This document shows, piece by piece, positions 36,992 through 48,022 of a stretch of DNA of 64,000 nt. Below the pieces are notes generated by a model. That model made no database searches and was not told the DNA's origin. It saw only the letters and a list, made by a program, of their open reading frames with translations. A program made the position numbers and the translations under genes. The DNA lies in NCBI GenBank assembly GCA_963700155.1, contig OY969472.1, forward strand, positions 445,511-509,510. Direction: 5' to 3'. Each line of letters begins with the position of its first letter. Positions within the stretch are counted from its first letter, which is position 1. The DNA comes from an uncultured bacterium (GTDB lineage Bacteria; Patescibacteriota; Dojkabacteria; J137).

Positions 36992-39900
36992 TGGCAAGTC
37001 TAACAAAGAGAATCACCCTTAGCAAAAATCCGATTCCACATTTGGACATGGACTATCTTGAAGCTCAAAAATCGTTCTTCAGAGAATTCATGGAAAATGG
37101 TTTCGAAGAATTATTTGATGAAATTTCACCAATTGAAGATTATACTGGTAATTCATGGGAAATTACCTTTGAAGATGTAGCATGGGGAGATGCCAAAATA
37201 AGTTTTAGAGACGCACAGCTTTTAGGTCAAACTTATGATGCCCCAGTTCATGTAACTATCAGACTAGTTAATAAGAAAACAGGAGAAATCAAGAAGCAGA
37301 AGATTTATTTATGCGATATGCCATTAATGAGTGATAGAGCTTCATTTATGGTTAATGGTAATGAAAGAGTTGTAGTCTTCCAAATTCTTCGATCAGAAGG
37401 TGTTTTATTCTCCGAAAGCAAAAGTTCAAGTACAAAGAAAAGATTGTATTCAGTAAAATTAATGCCTCATAGAGGAAATTGGTATGAGTTTGAAATAAAC
37501 AAATATGGTGTAATGAGCATTAAACTTCTACAAAAAAGACCAAGAATTTTATTAACAACACTTTTAAGAGCACTTGGATACAGCTCAGATTCTGAAATCA
37601 AAAAAGCTTTAGGTGCTGCTGATCAAGGAGAAATGAGTTACATAGATGCAACATTAAGAAAAGATCCTACAAAGAATACTGAAGAAGCTTTAATTGATAT
37701 TTATAGAAAACTAAGACCAGAAGACACTGTAACAATTGAGAATGCACAAGCATTAATTGATAATATTTTCTTTAATAAAAGAAGGTTCTATTTAGGAAAA
37801 ATAGGAAGATATAAATTAAATAAAAAATTGAAAATTGATGAAGATATAAAGTTAACAGACTATATTTTAAAGAAAAGAGATATAGTAGAAGTTATTAGAG
37901 CTTTATTAGAGTTGAACCATGGTACAAGACTTCCAGATGATATTGATAGTTTAAGTAATAGAAGAATCAGAGGAGTAAATGAGTTAGTTGGAGAAAAGAT
38001 TAGAGTTGGAGTCTTAATAATGGAAAAAAATATTAGAGACAAAATGAGTACCTATTCAACAGATGAAAAAGTAACTCCTGCAATGTTAGTAAACACAAGA
38101 CCAATTATCTCAGCAGTTAATCAATTCTTTGGAAGCTCTGCATTAATGAGATTTATGGATCAAGAAAATCCTTTATCTGAATTAGAAGCTAAAAGAAAAA
38201 TTTCTGCTGGAGGACCAAGAGGTTTAACAAAGGAAAGAGCAACTTTCTCAGTAAGAGATGTACATAACTCACACTATTCAAGATTATGTCCTGTTACTAC
38301 ACCAGAGGGTCCTTCAATTGGTATGGTTAACCAGCTTTCAATTTATGCAAAGATAAATGAATTTGGTTTCTTAGAAGCTCCCTACTACAAGGTAGTAAAT
38401 AAATTTGACTCAGACAGTAAGAAAAAAGATTTTATCGGAAGAGTAGTAGCTGAAGACATTAAAAGCGGTAAGAAAACATTGGTTAAAAAGGGAGAAGTAT
38501 TAACCGAAAAATCAATTGATGCAATCCAAAAAGCAGGAATATCAACTTTTGCTATTGATCCATTTATTAAGAAAGATGAAGTAATTTACCTTGATGCTGA
38601 TAATGAAATATTACATAAAGTAGCAAGCGCTTCTATACAAGCTGCTGAAAACGGAAATATTACCGAGGAAAAGACTTATGTTAGAGATGGTCAAAATTAC
38701 ACAAAAGTAAATATTGATCAAGTTGATCTTGTTGATGTAAGTCCTGCTCAGATTGCAGGAATGGGATTAGCATTAATTCCTTTTGCAGGAAATGATGACC
38801 CAAACAGAACTTTGATCGGTGCAAAAACTCAAAACCAGTCAATTCCACTAGTAAAGAACGAAGCTCCAATAGTAGGAACAGGTTTTGAATCTGAAGCAGC
38901 AAGAGCATCTGGAAGAACAATTTATGCAGAAGAAAATGGAAAAACTTTAAGTTCAGATGCAAATCAAGTTGTAGTTCAATACGCTGGCCAGAAAGAAAAA
39001 ACTATTTATCCTGTAGAAAACTTTGTAAGAACAAACCAAAATACATCATTCTCTCAAAGACCACTTGTGATGCCGGGAGAATCATTTAAGAAAGGTGATG
39101 TTTTAGTTGATGGACCATGTACAAGAAATGGAGAGCTTGCTTTAGGAATAAATTTAAGAACAGCTTATGTAGTTTATGATGGATATAATTATGAAGATGG
39201 GATTGTTATCTCACAAAGATTAGTAAAAGATGACATGTTAACTTCAGTTCATATTCAAGAATATGTTCAAGAAGTCAGAGAAACGAAACTAGGAAATGAA
39301 TTAGTTACAAGAGATATTCCTGGTGTTGGAGAATGGGCATTAAGAAATCTGGACGAGGATGGAATTGTAAGAATTGGTGCAAGTGTTCAATCAAATGATA
39401 TTTTGGTAGGAATAATTGCTCCAAAAGGAGAAACAGAGCTAACTGCAGAAGAAAAACTTTTAAGAGCAATCTTCGGAGAATATGCAAGAGATGTTAGAGA
39501 TAACTCATTAAGACTTCCTCATGGAGATCATGGAGTAGTTATAGGAGTACAGATTTTAGACAGAATAAATGGAGCAAAATTAAATGCAGGAGTATTAAAA
39601 CAAGTTAAAGTGTGGGTTGCAAAAACACATAAGATATCAATAGGAGATAAATTAACTGGATATCATGGGGATAAGGGAGTTGTAACAAAGATTGTACCTG
39701 AAGAAGATATGCCACATACCTCAGATGGCAAACCAGTAGATGTAATACTAGGACCATCGTCAATGGTTAGAAGAATGAACTTAGGACAGTTAATTGAGAC
39801 ACATATCGGAGAATTAGCAAAGAAATTAGGAATAAAAGTAGAGATTCAACCATTCTCTGAATATTCACTTAAACCATTAATGGACTTAGCTAAGAAGAAT

Positions 39901-40416
39901 GGAATAGATTATGAAGAAAAAGTTGATTTATATGATGGTAGAACAGGGGAAAAATATAACCAGAAAGTCACAGTTGGAATGAAATACTTCTTTAAGCTAG
40001 ACCATTTGGCTGACCACAAAGTGCATGCAAGATCAACCGGTCCATACACTTTAGTTACACAACAACCATTAAGAGGTAAAGCACAACGAGGAGGGAGAAG
40101 ATTTGGAGAAATGGAAGTTTGGGCACTTGAAGCACATGCAGTGCCAAATGTATTGCATGAAATGCTTACTATCAAATCTGATGATGTTGTTGGAAGAGCA
40201 GCAGCTTATAAAGCAATAATTTCAGGAAACAAGATCACAGCACCAAATGTTCCAGAATCATTTAACGTTTTGGATAAGGAATTAGCAGGATTGGCTATCA
40301 AGTTAGATAAGATTAATGCCGAATATGATGAAGAGAGAAGCGAAATGGCATTAGAGGAGATTGTTGATTCAGTTGGAGCACAAGATGCACCAGATGTAAT
40401 GGATACAACATTTTAA
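36992..40416 (+). CDS. rpoB: DNA-directed RNA polymerase subunit beta
   Basis: The ORF is open from a GTG at 36925. The first ATG at 36992 gives MASLTKRITLSKNPIPHLDMDYLEAQKSFFREFMENG... The beta-subunit regions are conserved throughout (for example ...GNELVTRDIPGVGEWALRNLDEDGIVRIGA..., ...RMNLGQLIETHIG..., ...RSTGPYTLVTQQPLRGKAQRGGRRFGEMEVWALEAHA). Confidence 0.9.
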
Positions 40417-40428
40417 TTTAGATTTTAT

Positions 40429-40453
40429 GCGGCGAGTCAGAATGACTCGCCGC
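40429..40453 (+). promoter_or_regulatory. GC-rich hairpin in the rpoB-rpoC intergenic spacer (GCGGCGAGTC-agaat-GACTCGCCGC); candidate attenuator or processing site
   Basis: A 10-bp perfect GC-rich stem in an otherwise AT-rich 68-nt spacer. It is not followed by a clean U-tract, so partial termination or an RNase III site is more likely than a full terminator. Confidence 0.4.
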
Positions 40454-40484
40454 AAATTATTAATATTTTTAACCAATTAAAACT

Positions 40485-43400
40485 ATGCTTAAGGATTTTA
40501 ATGCAGTAAAGATCACAATCGCTTCTCCTCAAGATATTATGAACTGGTCTCATGGAGAGGTAACAAAAGCAGAGACAATCAACTATAGAACTTTCAAGCC
40601 TGAACCAGGGGGATTAATGGCTGAAGAGATATTCGGTCCTACTAAGGACTTTGAATGTTACTGTGGTAAATACAAAAAGATTAGATACAAAGGTATTATT
40701 TGTGACAGATGTGGAGTTGAAATTACACACAAAAGAGTAAGAAGAGATAGAATGGGTCACATTAAGCTAGCTTCTCCAGTTTCTCATGTATGGTTCTCAA
40801 ATGGAGTTCCTAATAGATTAGCTTTAATTCTTGATATCCCTCAGAAGAAATTAGAAACAGTAATTTATTATGCAAGATATGTTGTTACAAATGTTGAAGA
40901 AGAAGAAAGAACTAAAGCTTTAGAGAGCTTGAAAGAATATAAACAAAATGAAATGGATGAGTTAGCAAAAGAATTAGATGACAAAATTGCTGAGGTTAAG
41001 ACCAAATTTGAAGAAGAGGCAACAGAAGCAAAGAAAGCTACAAAAGATAAGAATAAATTGGAACTTCAGTTAGAAAGATTAAGAAATAATGAAAAAACTG
41101 AAGTAGCAAGAATCAGATCTGCATTCAAACAAAGACAAGATAACATTGATAAAAAATTTGTTGATTTAAAGAGCTTAATTTCTGATATAAAATCAGGCTT
41201 TACACTATCTGAGGAAGATTATCAGCTTTTAGAGAGCTATAGTTTCTATTTCTTTACTGCAGGAATGGGAGCAGAAGCAATAAAAGAGCTTTTAGAGAAA
41301 TTAGATATCACAGTGGAGATTAATCACTTAGAAGAAGAGCAGAAATCTACAAGATCTCAGATTAAAAAATCTCGAATTGTTCAAAGATTAAGAATACTTA
41401 AGGGTTTACAAAAATCAGGTGTAAGTCCAGCATGGATAGTTTTAGATATTTTGCCTGTTATTCCTCCAGATATAAGACCTATTGTCCAACTTCCAGGAGG
41501 TAGATTTGCAACTTATGATTTAAATGATCTTTATAGAAGAGTAATAAATAGAAATAACAGATTGAAGAGACTTATTTCACTTGGAGCACCAGAAATCATT
41601 TTAAGAAATGAAAAAAGAATGCTTCAAGAATCTGTTGATTCATTATTAGATAATAATCATAAACCAGGTTCACCTTCGTTAAACTCAAGAGGATTACCAT
41701 TCAAATCATTATCGGACATGTTAAGAGGTAAGCAAGGTAGATTTAGACAGAACTTACTAGGAAAGCGGGTTGATTATTCGGGATCTGCGGTCATTGTTCC
41801 AGGACCAGAATTAAACTTCGACCAATGCGGATTACCAAAGAATTTGGCCTTAGAATTATTCAAACCATTCATTATTAGAGAATTAATTGCCAGAGGATTA
41901 GCTGCAAATCCAGCAAAAGCTAAGTTAGTATTTGAATCAAAACCAGATGAAGTTTGGGATATTTTAGAAGAAGTAAGTAAAAACAGACCAGTCTTATTGA
42001 ATAGAGCTCCTACTTTACATAGGCAGTCAATTTTAGCTTTCTATCCAGTTTTAATTGAAGGTAACTCAATTAGATTACATCCAATGACATGTGCTGGATT
42101 CAATGCTGACTTTGATGGAGACCAAATGGCAGTTCATTTACCATTATCAGAAAAAGCTGTTGAAGAAGTAAAATTAAGAATGTTTGCAAAAGAGAATCTT
42201 TTATCTTTAAGAGATGGGACCCCATTATTCAATGTGTCAAAAGATATGGCAATGGGAATTTACTTTTTAACTTTAGTAAGAGATTACCCTGAAGATAAAA
42301 TTAATATATATTCATCTGTTGAAGATTTGATGGCATCTTACCATTTGAGACAAATTAGATTTGATCAAAAAGCGAGATTACTTCTAAATGGAGAGATAAT
42401 TGAGACTTCAGCTGGGAGAGCATTGTTTAATCAAATTATGCCTGAAGATTATCCTTATGTAAATACAACCCTAAACAAAGGAGATATATCAGTATTATCA
42501 GCTGATTTGTTTAACAAATATGGTAGAGACAAGGCAATCGAAGTTCTCGATCATATTAAATTATTAGGATTTAAATATGCTGGAAGACTAGGATTCTCTG
42601 TTTCAATGCAAGAATTCAAATTCGGTGGAGAAAAGATTATTGATGAAAGATTAAAAGAATACAGTAAAAAAGAAGATGAATTGATTAATGAATACAATGA
42701 CGGTTTAATTACTGAGAATGAATTAAGATGGATTAAAAGAGATGTATGGCAAAAAGACGCAGACAAGATGCAGGAAGATGTTTGGGAATTAGCTAAAGTA
42801 AAATCTGTAAATTTAATGGATCTTCAAAATTCTGGAGCTGTTTCAGTAAGTTCATGGGTAAAAAAGATTTCAGGAGTTTCAGGATATGTTACAGATCCAT
42901 CTGGAAATATTGTAGATCTTCCATTAAAAAGTAACTTTGAAAAAGGATTCACAAATTTTGAATATTTTGTTGCTGCAAAAGGAGCAAGAAAATCATTCGC
43001 AGATGTTGCTTTAAGAACTGCTGATTCAGGATATTTAACAAGAAGACTTCATGATGTTGCACAAGATGTAATTACAAATGCAGAGGATTGCGGTACAGAT
43101 GAAGGTATAATTGTAGAAAGATCTGCAAAAAGATTACAAAGCTTTAAGAACAGAATTAGAGGTAGATATACTGCAGAAGATATTTCAGATCCAAAGACAG
43201 GGGAAATTATTGTAAAGAAAAATGAACCTATAACATTGGAGGTTGCTGAAAAAATTAATGCAATTGAAGAAATTCAAGGTATTAAAGTAAGAAGTCCATT
43301 AGCCTGCAAGATAGCACATGGAATGTGTCAAAAATGTTATGGATTTGATAATAGTACTGGAAAACTTGTTGATATTGGAGAAGCAGTAGGAACTATTGCA

Positions 43401-44438
43401 TCTCAAGCTTTAGGAGAACCTACAACTCAGCTTACTTTAAAGAGTAAATCAGACGCTAGAGCTGCAAAAGCAGACGTTACACAAGGTTTGCCAAGAGTTG
43501 AAGAACTTTTAGAAGCAAGAACACCAAAAGCACTAGCATTATTAGCTGACTTCGATGGAAAAGTAAAAATTATCGAAGATAAGAAGAAAGTTATAGTAAG
43601 AATTTCTGCTTTGAAAGAAGTTACAAAAAAATATGAAGTTAAGAATGAAAAGAATATCACTGTGAAGAACAATGCTAAAGTCAAAGCAGGAGACGTCTTG
43701 GCTGTAGCTAATAAGAAAGAATTAAATGCAGAATTCTCAGGAACAGTAGAAGTTGAAGGTAATACAATCACTTTAAAAGGTAAGAAAGATGTAGAAGTTG
43801 AAAAAGAAACAGATCAATTAGCAAACTTAATGGTAAAGGATGGAGATGAAGTTAAAAGAGGAGATCAATTAACATTCGGTTCTGTAGATCCTAAAGAACT
43901 AGCAAGGTTAAAAGATATGTATTTTGCTCAAAAGTATATTGTTGCAGGGGTACAAGATGTTTATGGAATTCAAGGATTAGAAGCTGATGATAGACATTTG
44001 GAAATTATTGCAAGACAAATGAGCAGATATGGATTAATCGTTGATAACTTTGGGAGCGAAACATTCTTACCGGGAGACTATGTTGATATCCTTGATATTG
44101 GAGAAGAAAATAAGAAATTAAAGGAGCAGGGAAATAAAGAAATTAAATACGATAGAGTATTATTAGGAATAACAAACTCAGCAATACGAACAGAAAGCTT
44201 CTTATCAGCTGCTTCGTTTGAACAGCAAGTTAGAGTTTTGACTGATGCAGCCTTGATTGGAAAGGTTGATCATTTGAGAGGATTGAAAGAAAATGTTATA
44301 ATCGGCAGACCTGTTCCATTAGGAAATGAGTTAAAAAAGAAATTAGGTATGATAGTTGATGAGGAAGAGGAAATGGAGGCAGAAGATAAGATGACTATTG
44401 ATGAACCAGGAAAAGGGAATGATGAATTCTTAGTTTAA
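40485..44438 (+). CDS. rpoC: DNA-directed RNA polymerase subunit beta'
   Basis: It has the N-terminal zinc motif CYCGKYKKIRYKGIICDRCGVE and the catalytic NADFDGDQM. 1317 aa. Confidence 0.92.
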   Translation: MLKDFNAVKITIASPQDIMNWSHGEVTKAETINYRTFKPEPGGLMAEEIFGPTKDFECYCGKYKKIRYKGIICDRCGVEITHKRVRRDRMGHIKLASPVSHVWFSNGVPNRLALILDIPQKKLETVIYYARYVVTNVEEEERTKALESLKEYKQNEMDELAKELDDKIAEVKTKFEEEATEAKKATKDKNKLELQLERLRNNEKTEVARIRSAFKQRQDNIDKKFVDLKSLISDIKSGFTLSEEDYQLLESYSFYFFTAGMGAEAIKELLEKLDITVEINHLEEEQKSTRSQIKKSRIVQRLRILKGLQKSGVSPAWIVLDILPVIPPDIRPIVQLPGGRFATYDLNDLYRRVINRNNRLKRLISLGAPEIILRNEKRMLQESVDSLLDNNHKPGSPSLNSRGLPFKSLSDMLRGKQGRFRQNLLGKRVDYSGSAVIVPGPELNFDQCGLPKNLALELFKPFIIRELIARGLAANPAKAKLVFESKPDEVWDILEEVSKNRPVLLNRAPTLHRQSILAFYPVLIEGNSIRLHPMTCAGFNADFDGDQMAVHLPLSEKAVEEVKLRMFAKENLLSLRDGTPLFNVSKDMAMGIYFLTLVRDYPEDKINIYSSVEDLMASYHLRQIRFDQKARLLLNGEIIETSAGRALFNQIMPEDYPYVNTTLNKGDISVLSADLFNKYGRDKAIEVLDHIKLLGFKYAGRLGFSVSMQEFKFGGEKIIDERLKEYSKKEDELINEYNDGLITENELRWIKRDVWQKDADKMQEDVWELAKVKSVNLMDLQNSGAVSVSSWVKKISGVSGYVTDPSGNIVDLPLKSNFEKGFTNFEYFVAAKGARKSFADVALRTADSGYLTRRLHDVAQDVITNAEDCGTDEGIIVERSAKRLQSFKNRIRGRYTAEDISDPKTGEIIVKKNEPITLEVAEKINAIEEIQGIKVRSPLACKIAHGMCQKCYGFDNSTGKLVDIGEAVGTIASQALGEPTTQLTLKSKSDARAAKADVTQGLPRVEELLEARTPKALALLADFDGKVKIIEDKKKVIVRISALKEVTKKYEVKNEKNITVKNNAKVKAGDVLAVANKKELNAEFSGTVEVEGNTITLKGKKDVEVEKETDQLANLMVKDGDEVKRGDQLTFGSVDPKELARLKDMYFAQKYIVAGVQDVYGIQGLEADDRHLEIIARQMSRYGLIVDNFGSETFLPGDYVDILDIGEENKKLKEQGNKEIKYDRVLLGITNSAIRTESFLSAASFEQQVRVLTDAALIGKVDHLRGLKENVIIGRPVPLGNELKKKLGMIVDEEEEMEAEDKMTIDEPGKGNDEFLV

Positions 44439-44443
44439 TGATT

Positions 44444-44470
44444 TTAGGGAGGTTTCGAAGAAACCTCCCT
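44444..44470 (+). terminator. Hairpin downstream of rpoC (AGGGAGGTTTC-gaa-GAAACCTCCCT)
   Basis: An 11-bp perfect stem 6 nt after the rpoC stop. It is followed by a weak T-run (tattta). Confidence 0.5.
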
Positions 44471-44507
44471 ATTTAAGCAATATTTAATTAATTAGTAAAA
44501 TATTTAA

Positions 44508-44963
44508 ATGGCTCGAACATCACAACTAGTAAGAAAAGGAAGAAAACCTAAAAAAGGTGTCACAAGATTTAAGGGTTTACTTTTTTCAGAAAAAACAAAG
44601 TTTAAGGCATTGCATTTTAATTATAATGCCGTTAAAAACAGATACTTTAAAAAGGATAATCCTTTAAAAAGAGGGGTTTGCATTTCAGTAAAGACAATGA
44701 CACCAAGAAAACCAAACTCAGCGTTAAGAAAAATTGCTAGAGTAAGATTGTCAAATAGACAAGTAGTTACTGCATATATCCCTGGAGAAGGGCATAATTT
44801 GCAAGAACACTCAGTAGTTTTGGTAAGAGCAGGAAGAAAACCTGATCTTCCAGGAGTTAGGTATACAATCGTTAGAGGTGTATATGATACTGCTCCTGTA
44901 GATGCAAGAAGGCAAGCAAGAAGTAGATATGGAAGAAAGGCAGTTAAAAAGGTAGCTAAATAA
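44508..44963 (+). CDS. rpsL: 30S ribosomal protein S12 (with a ~25-aa N-proximal insertion relative to typical S12)
   Basis: ...[62 protein letters not shown]... is the canonical S12 core. The N-terminal [57 protein letters not shown] is longer than usual. Confidence 0.92.
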   Translation: MARTSQLVRKGRKPKKGVTRFKGLLFSEKTKFKALHFNYNAVKNRYFKKDNPLKRGVCISVKTMTPRKPNSALRKIARVRLSNRQVVTAYIPGEGHNLQEHSVVLVRAGRKPDLPGVRYTIVRGVYDTAPVDARRQARSRYGRKAVKKVAK

Positions 44964-45072
44964 ATTACAAATCTAAGATTAAGGAGAGTAATCTCTTTCC
45001 ACTAAAGGGGTGAAGAAATTCTTAATTCTAAGTTCAATATTAAAAAAATTTATTAATTATTATTTTATATAA

Positions 45073-45540
45073 ATGAGAGGTAAACAAGCACCTGTTAGAA
45101 AAATAAAACCTGACGAAATTTATAATAGTGAGTTAGTTTCAAAATTCATTAATTATGTAATGCAAGATGGTAAAAAAACAACAGCACAAAAAATTGTTTA
45201 TACAGCAATTAAAGAGCTTCAAGATAAAACTAAGACAAAAGGAGTCGAAGCTTTCGAAAAAGCAATAGATAATGTAAAACCAAAGATCGAAGTCAGATCA
45301 AGAAGAGTTGGCGGAGCTAACTTTCAAGTTCCTGTTCCTGTTTCAGACAGCAGACAAACCGCTTTAGCAATGAAATGGATAATTGAAGGTGCAAAATCAA
45401 CAAGAAAAACCACACCATTATACGTAAATATGGCTCAAGAATTGGTAAATGCATATAATAAAGAGGGTTCAGCAATTAAGAAAAAGGAAGATGTGCATAA
45501 AATGGCTGATGCTAATAGAGCCTTTGCTCAGTTCGCTTAA
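45073..45540 (+). CDS. rpsG: 30S ribosomal protein S7
   Basis: 155 aa. ...RVGGANFQVPVPVSDSRQTALAMKWIIEGAKSTRK... is the S7 signature. Confidence 0.9.
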   Translation: MRGKQAPVRKIKPDEIYNSELVSKFINYVMQDGKKTTAQKIVYTAIKELQDKTKTKGVEAFEKAIDNVKPKIEVRSRRVGGANFQVPVPVSDSRQTALAMKWIIEGAKSTRKTTPLYVNMAQELVNAYNKEGSAIKKKEDVHKMADANRAFAQFA

Positions 45541-45630
45541 TATTTAGTAAGTATTGATTTTTAGCTATTTTGATGATTAACTTTGTTAACTAAAAAAGAC
45601 TAATAGCTAAGTGTTTATAAAAGATGATAA

Positions 45631-45667
45631 AAGGGGGATTTTCTTCGAAAATCCCCCTTCCTTTTTT
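45631..45667 (+). terminator. Rho-independent terminator ending the rpoBC-rpsLG cluster (AAGGGGGATTTTC-ttc-GAAAATCCCCCTT + TTTTTT)
   Basis: A 13-bp perfect stem followed by CCTTTTTTCC. No fusA or tuf follows. Confidence 0.7.
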
Positions 45668-45843
45668 CCAAATATTCCTGTACAATAATCTCGCTGCCTG
45701 TTGGAGAATGCCCACAGTCAGCAGAGACTAACATAGAGCCTTCCTTAAGTTGCTTTATCTAGTATTGTAATTTTAAAGAATTCAATGATATAATCGTTAA
45801 AATTCCAATATTTTTTGACATATATACTTATTAATTTACTAAA

Positions 45844-46641
45844 ATGGCAACTAAAGTTGAGAAACCAATAAAGAACTTCCTTTTAGATTTCGGATTAACC
45901 GATAAGGAAATTACCATATATCTATCATTACTAAAAACAGGTCCCAATACTATTATGAATCTGTCGCGAGAAACGGGTATCAAAAGATCAACAACACACA
46001 ACACTGTCGAAGAGCTTATTAAGAAAGGACTTGTTAGTCAAACTAACTATGGAGAGAGAAGAATGGTGGTAGCAGAAGATCCAAAAAAGCTTGAGTTTTT
46101 AATGGAGCAGAAGAGATGGGAGATGAAAAAACTAGAAGATAACCTTCCTGATATTGTTAAAGGTATTTATGATGCAGTGCCAAAAGCGAAAGAGAATAGT
46201 AAGATAGATGTAAAATATTATGAGGGTATTGGTGGTGTAAAACTTATTTATACTGAGGCTTTGAAATCAAAAGAAGTAAGATCTTATGTAAACATGGAAG
46301 AGGTAATTAAAGTATTACCAGACAATGCCGAATTGTTTTTAGAGGCTCAAGAAAAAAATAAGTATCTTATATTGAAAGAGATTGTTGAAGATACACAAAC
46401 TGCAAGAGAATATATATCTCAATTTTCTAAAAATCCTAACTATCAATATAAATTTTCACCAACAACCTTAGCTATTAAAGCTTTGGACATTTTGATATTT
46501 GATGGAAAGATTGGAGTTATTACTCTAAGAAAAGAATCTAAAGCAACAGGAATGGTAATCAGTAATATGGATTATTATGAAAACATGAAAGCATTATTTG
46601 ATTTTGTTTGGAAGATTATTCCAGATAACCAACTTGCCTAA
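45844..46641 (+). CDS. TrmB-family transcriptional regulator (N-terminal winged HTH)
   Basis: DFGLTDKEITIYLSLLKTGPNTIMNLSRETGIKRSTTHNTVEELIKKGLV matches the TrmB/Lrp-like HTH pattern (LGLSEYEAKVYLALLELGPSTAGEIA..SGVPRSKVYEVLESLEEKGLV). Confidence 0.6.
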   Translation: MATKVEKPIKNFLLDFGLTDKEITIYLSLLKTGPNTIMNLSRETGIKRSTTHNTVEELIKKGLVSQTNYGERRMVVAEDPKKLEFLMEQKRWEMKKLEDNLPDIVKGIYDAVPKAKENSKIDVKYYEGIGGVKLIYTEALKSKEVRSYVNMEEVIKVLPDNAELFLEAQEKNKYLILKEIVEDTQTAREYISQFSKNPNYQYKFSPTTLAIKALDILIFDGKIGVITLRKESKATGMVISNMDYYENMKALFDFVWKIIPDNQLA

Positions 46642-46642
46642 A

Positions 46643-47245
46643 TCAGATATACTTTGTAAACATATGACCTAAACGATTTTTCTTTGTGGTAAGGTACTTT
46701 TTATTATATGGATTTGGAAGAGTTTCCAAAGGAACTCTTTCTTTAATAACAATTCCATTTTTTTCTAAAGATTTCACCTTTCTTGGATTGTTAGTCATCA
46801 ATTTAATCTCAGATATCTGCATATACTTTAATATATCTGATACAACATCATACTCCCTCTGATCTACCTCTAATTCTAATTTTTCACTAGCTTCAACAGT
46901 ATCTAGACCATCTTCTTGCATCTTTAATTCGGTAAGCTTTTTAATGAGACCATGACCTCTACCTTCCTGATTTAAATAAATAAGAATACCACCATCTCGT
47001 TGAATATTTTTTAATGCCATATCTAATTGATCTGCACAATCACAGTGAGTAGAATGAAAAACTTCGCTCAAAATACATTCTGAGTGAACTCTAACCAATG
47101 GTATATTTGGAAGTTCATTTGTATAAATAACTAAGGCATAATGCATTTCTGGTTGTGAAGGATAGTTGGTCTCAAATCCAATTAAATTAAAGTCTCCATA
47201 AGTAGTTGGGAAATTTAGTGTTTCTATTTTTTTAAGCTTACGCAT
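46643..47245 (-). CDS. ribA: GTP cyclohydrolase II
   Basis: RVHSECILSEVFHSTHCDCADQL (the zinc Cys triad) ... LIYLNQEGRGHGL ... LMTNNPRKVKSLEKNGIVIKERVPL. This is the full GCH-II signature in 200 aa. Confidence 0.85.
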   Translation of the reverse strand: MRKLKKIETLNFPTTYGDFNLIGFETNYPSQPEMHYALVIYTNELPNIPLVRVHSECILSEVFHSTHCDCADQLDMALKNIQRDGGILIYLNQEGRGHGLIKKLTELKMQEDGLDTVEASEKLELEVDQREYDVVSDILKYMQISEIKLMTNNPRKVKSLEKNGIVIKERVPLETLPNPYNKKYLTTKKNRLGHMFTKYI

Positions 47246-47291
47246 ATTATGAATTTTACTTCATAATTATACTATAGATTTCCTTTACAAA

Positions 47292-47954
47292 CTAGGCTTC
47301 AAACCCATATTGGAAAACAAAGTAAGAAGAAATTGTATGATGTGGATTTGAGATTTCCTCTAAAAATGAGAACCCGCACATTTCCATACCTCTTTTGAAC
47401 ATATCTTTTATTTCTACCGGCTGGTTATTAAAGTAATCATCTCCAATCTCAACTATTATTTTTGCTCCATACTTTAAGTTTGAACCTAACCTCTCGAAAA
47501 TATTAACTAGTTTTAGTACATAACTTTCGTATGATTCGATTGAATTAAAATCAAACTCAGAATCTGTGTTATCGGGTTGAATAGTAAATGGAGGAGAAGT
47601 AACAATAGCATCAAATTTCATCATTCTTAAGTCAACTTTTCTACTATCATCAAAAATAAATTCTGGTTTTCTAAAGTCTTCATTACTTTCTTTTAATAGC
47701 CTCATGAGATTACGAAGTATATAAGGCCTTTTGTTAAAATCTTTTTCAACTGACACACTTCGATAACCATGTAAACCAGCCCAGAAGCCCAAAGTTCCAT
47801 ATCCAGCAAAAGGATCTAAAACTAAACTATCCTTAGGCAAATTTAAATAATCAAAAAAATATTCCAGTTGCCCATCAGAAAATCCTACCTCTAATCTATC
47901 AAAAATATCCAGAGCTTGAATATCATTATTTTTTATAATTGCATCATTTATCAT
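47292..47954 (-). CDS. SAM-dependent N-methyltransferase, Trm11/RlmL (UPF0020)-like with S-P-P-F motif; RNA (m2G-type) or DNA amino-methyltransferase
   Basis: Motif I is VLDPFAGYGTLGFWAGLHG. It is followed about 70 aa later by AIVTSPPFT, a (D/N/S)PP(Y/F) amino-methyltransferase motif. This gamma-like motif order is as in Trm11/RsmD. There is no THUMP domain. Confidence 0.5.
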   Translation of the reverse strand: MINDAIIKNNDIQALDIFDRLEVGFSDGQLEYFFDYLNLPKDSLVLDPFAGYGTLGFWAGLHGYRSVSVEKDFNKRPYILRNLMRLLKESNEDFRKPEFIFDDSRKVDLRMMKFDAIVTSPPFTIQPDNTDSEFDFNSIESYESYVLKLVNIFERLGSNLKYGAKIIVEIGDDYFNNQPVEIKDMFKRGMEMCGFSFLEEISNPHHTISSYFVFQYGFEA

Positions 47955-48022
47955 ATTGATTTTATAATCTCAGGATTATAACATAGCTTAATTATTCAAT
48001 ATAATCTAATTATATCTTTTTA

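Noticed and set aside
45670-45770. Locally GC-richer patch after the rpsG terminator (ctcgctgcctgttggagaatgcccacagtcagcagagac) as a possible tRNA or small RNA
   Set aside because: I could find no cloverleaf (no T-loop GTTCGAATC-like box, no acceptor or anticodon stem pairing) and no extended helix. It is left unassigned.
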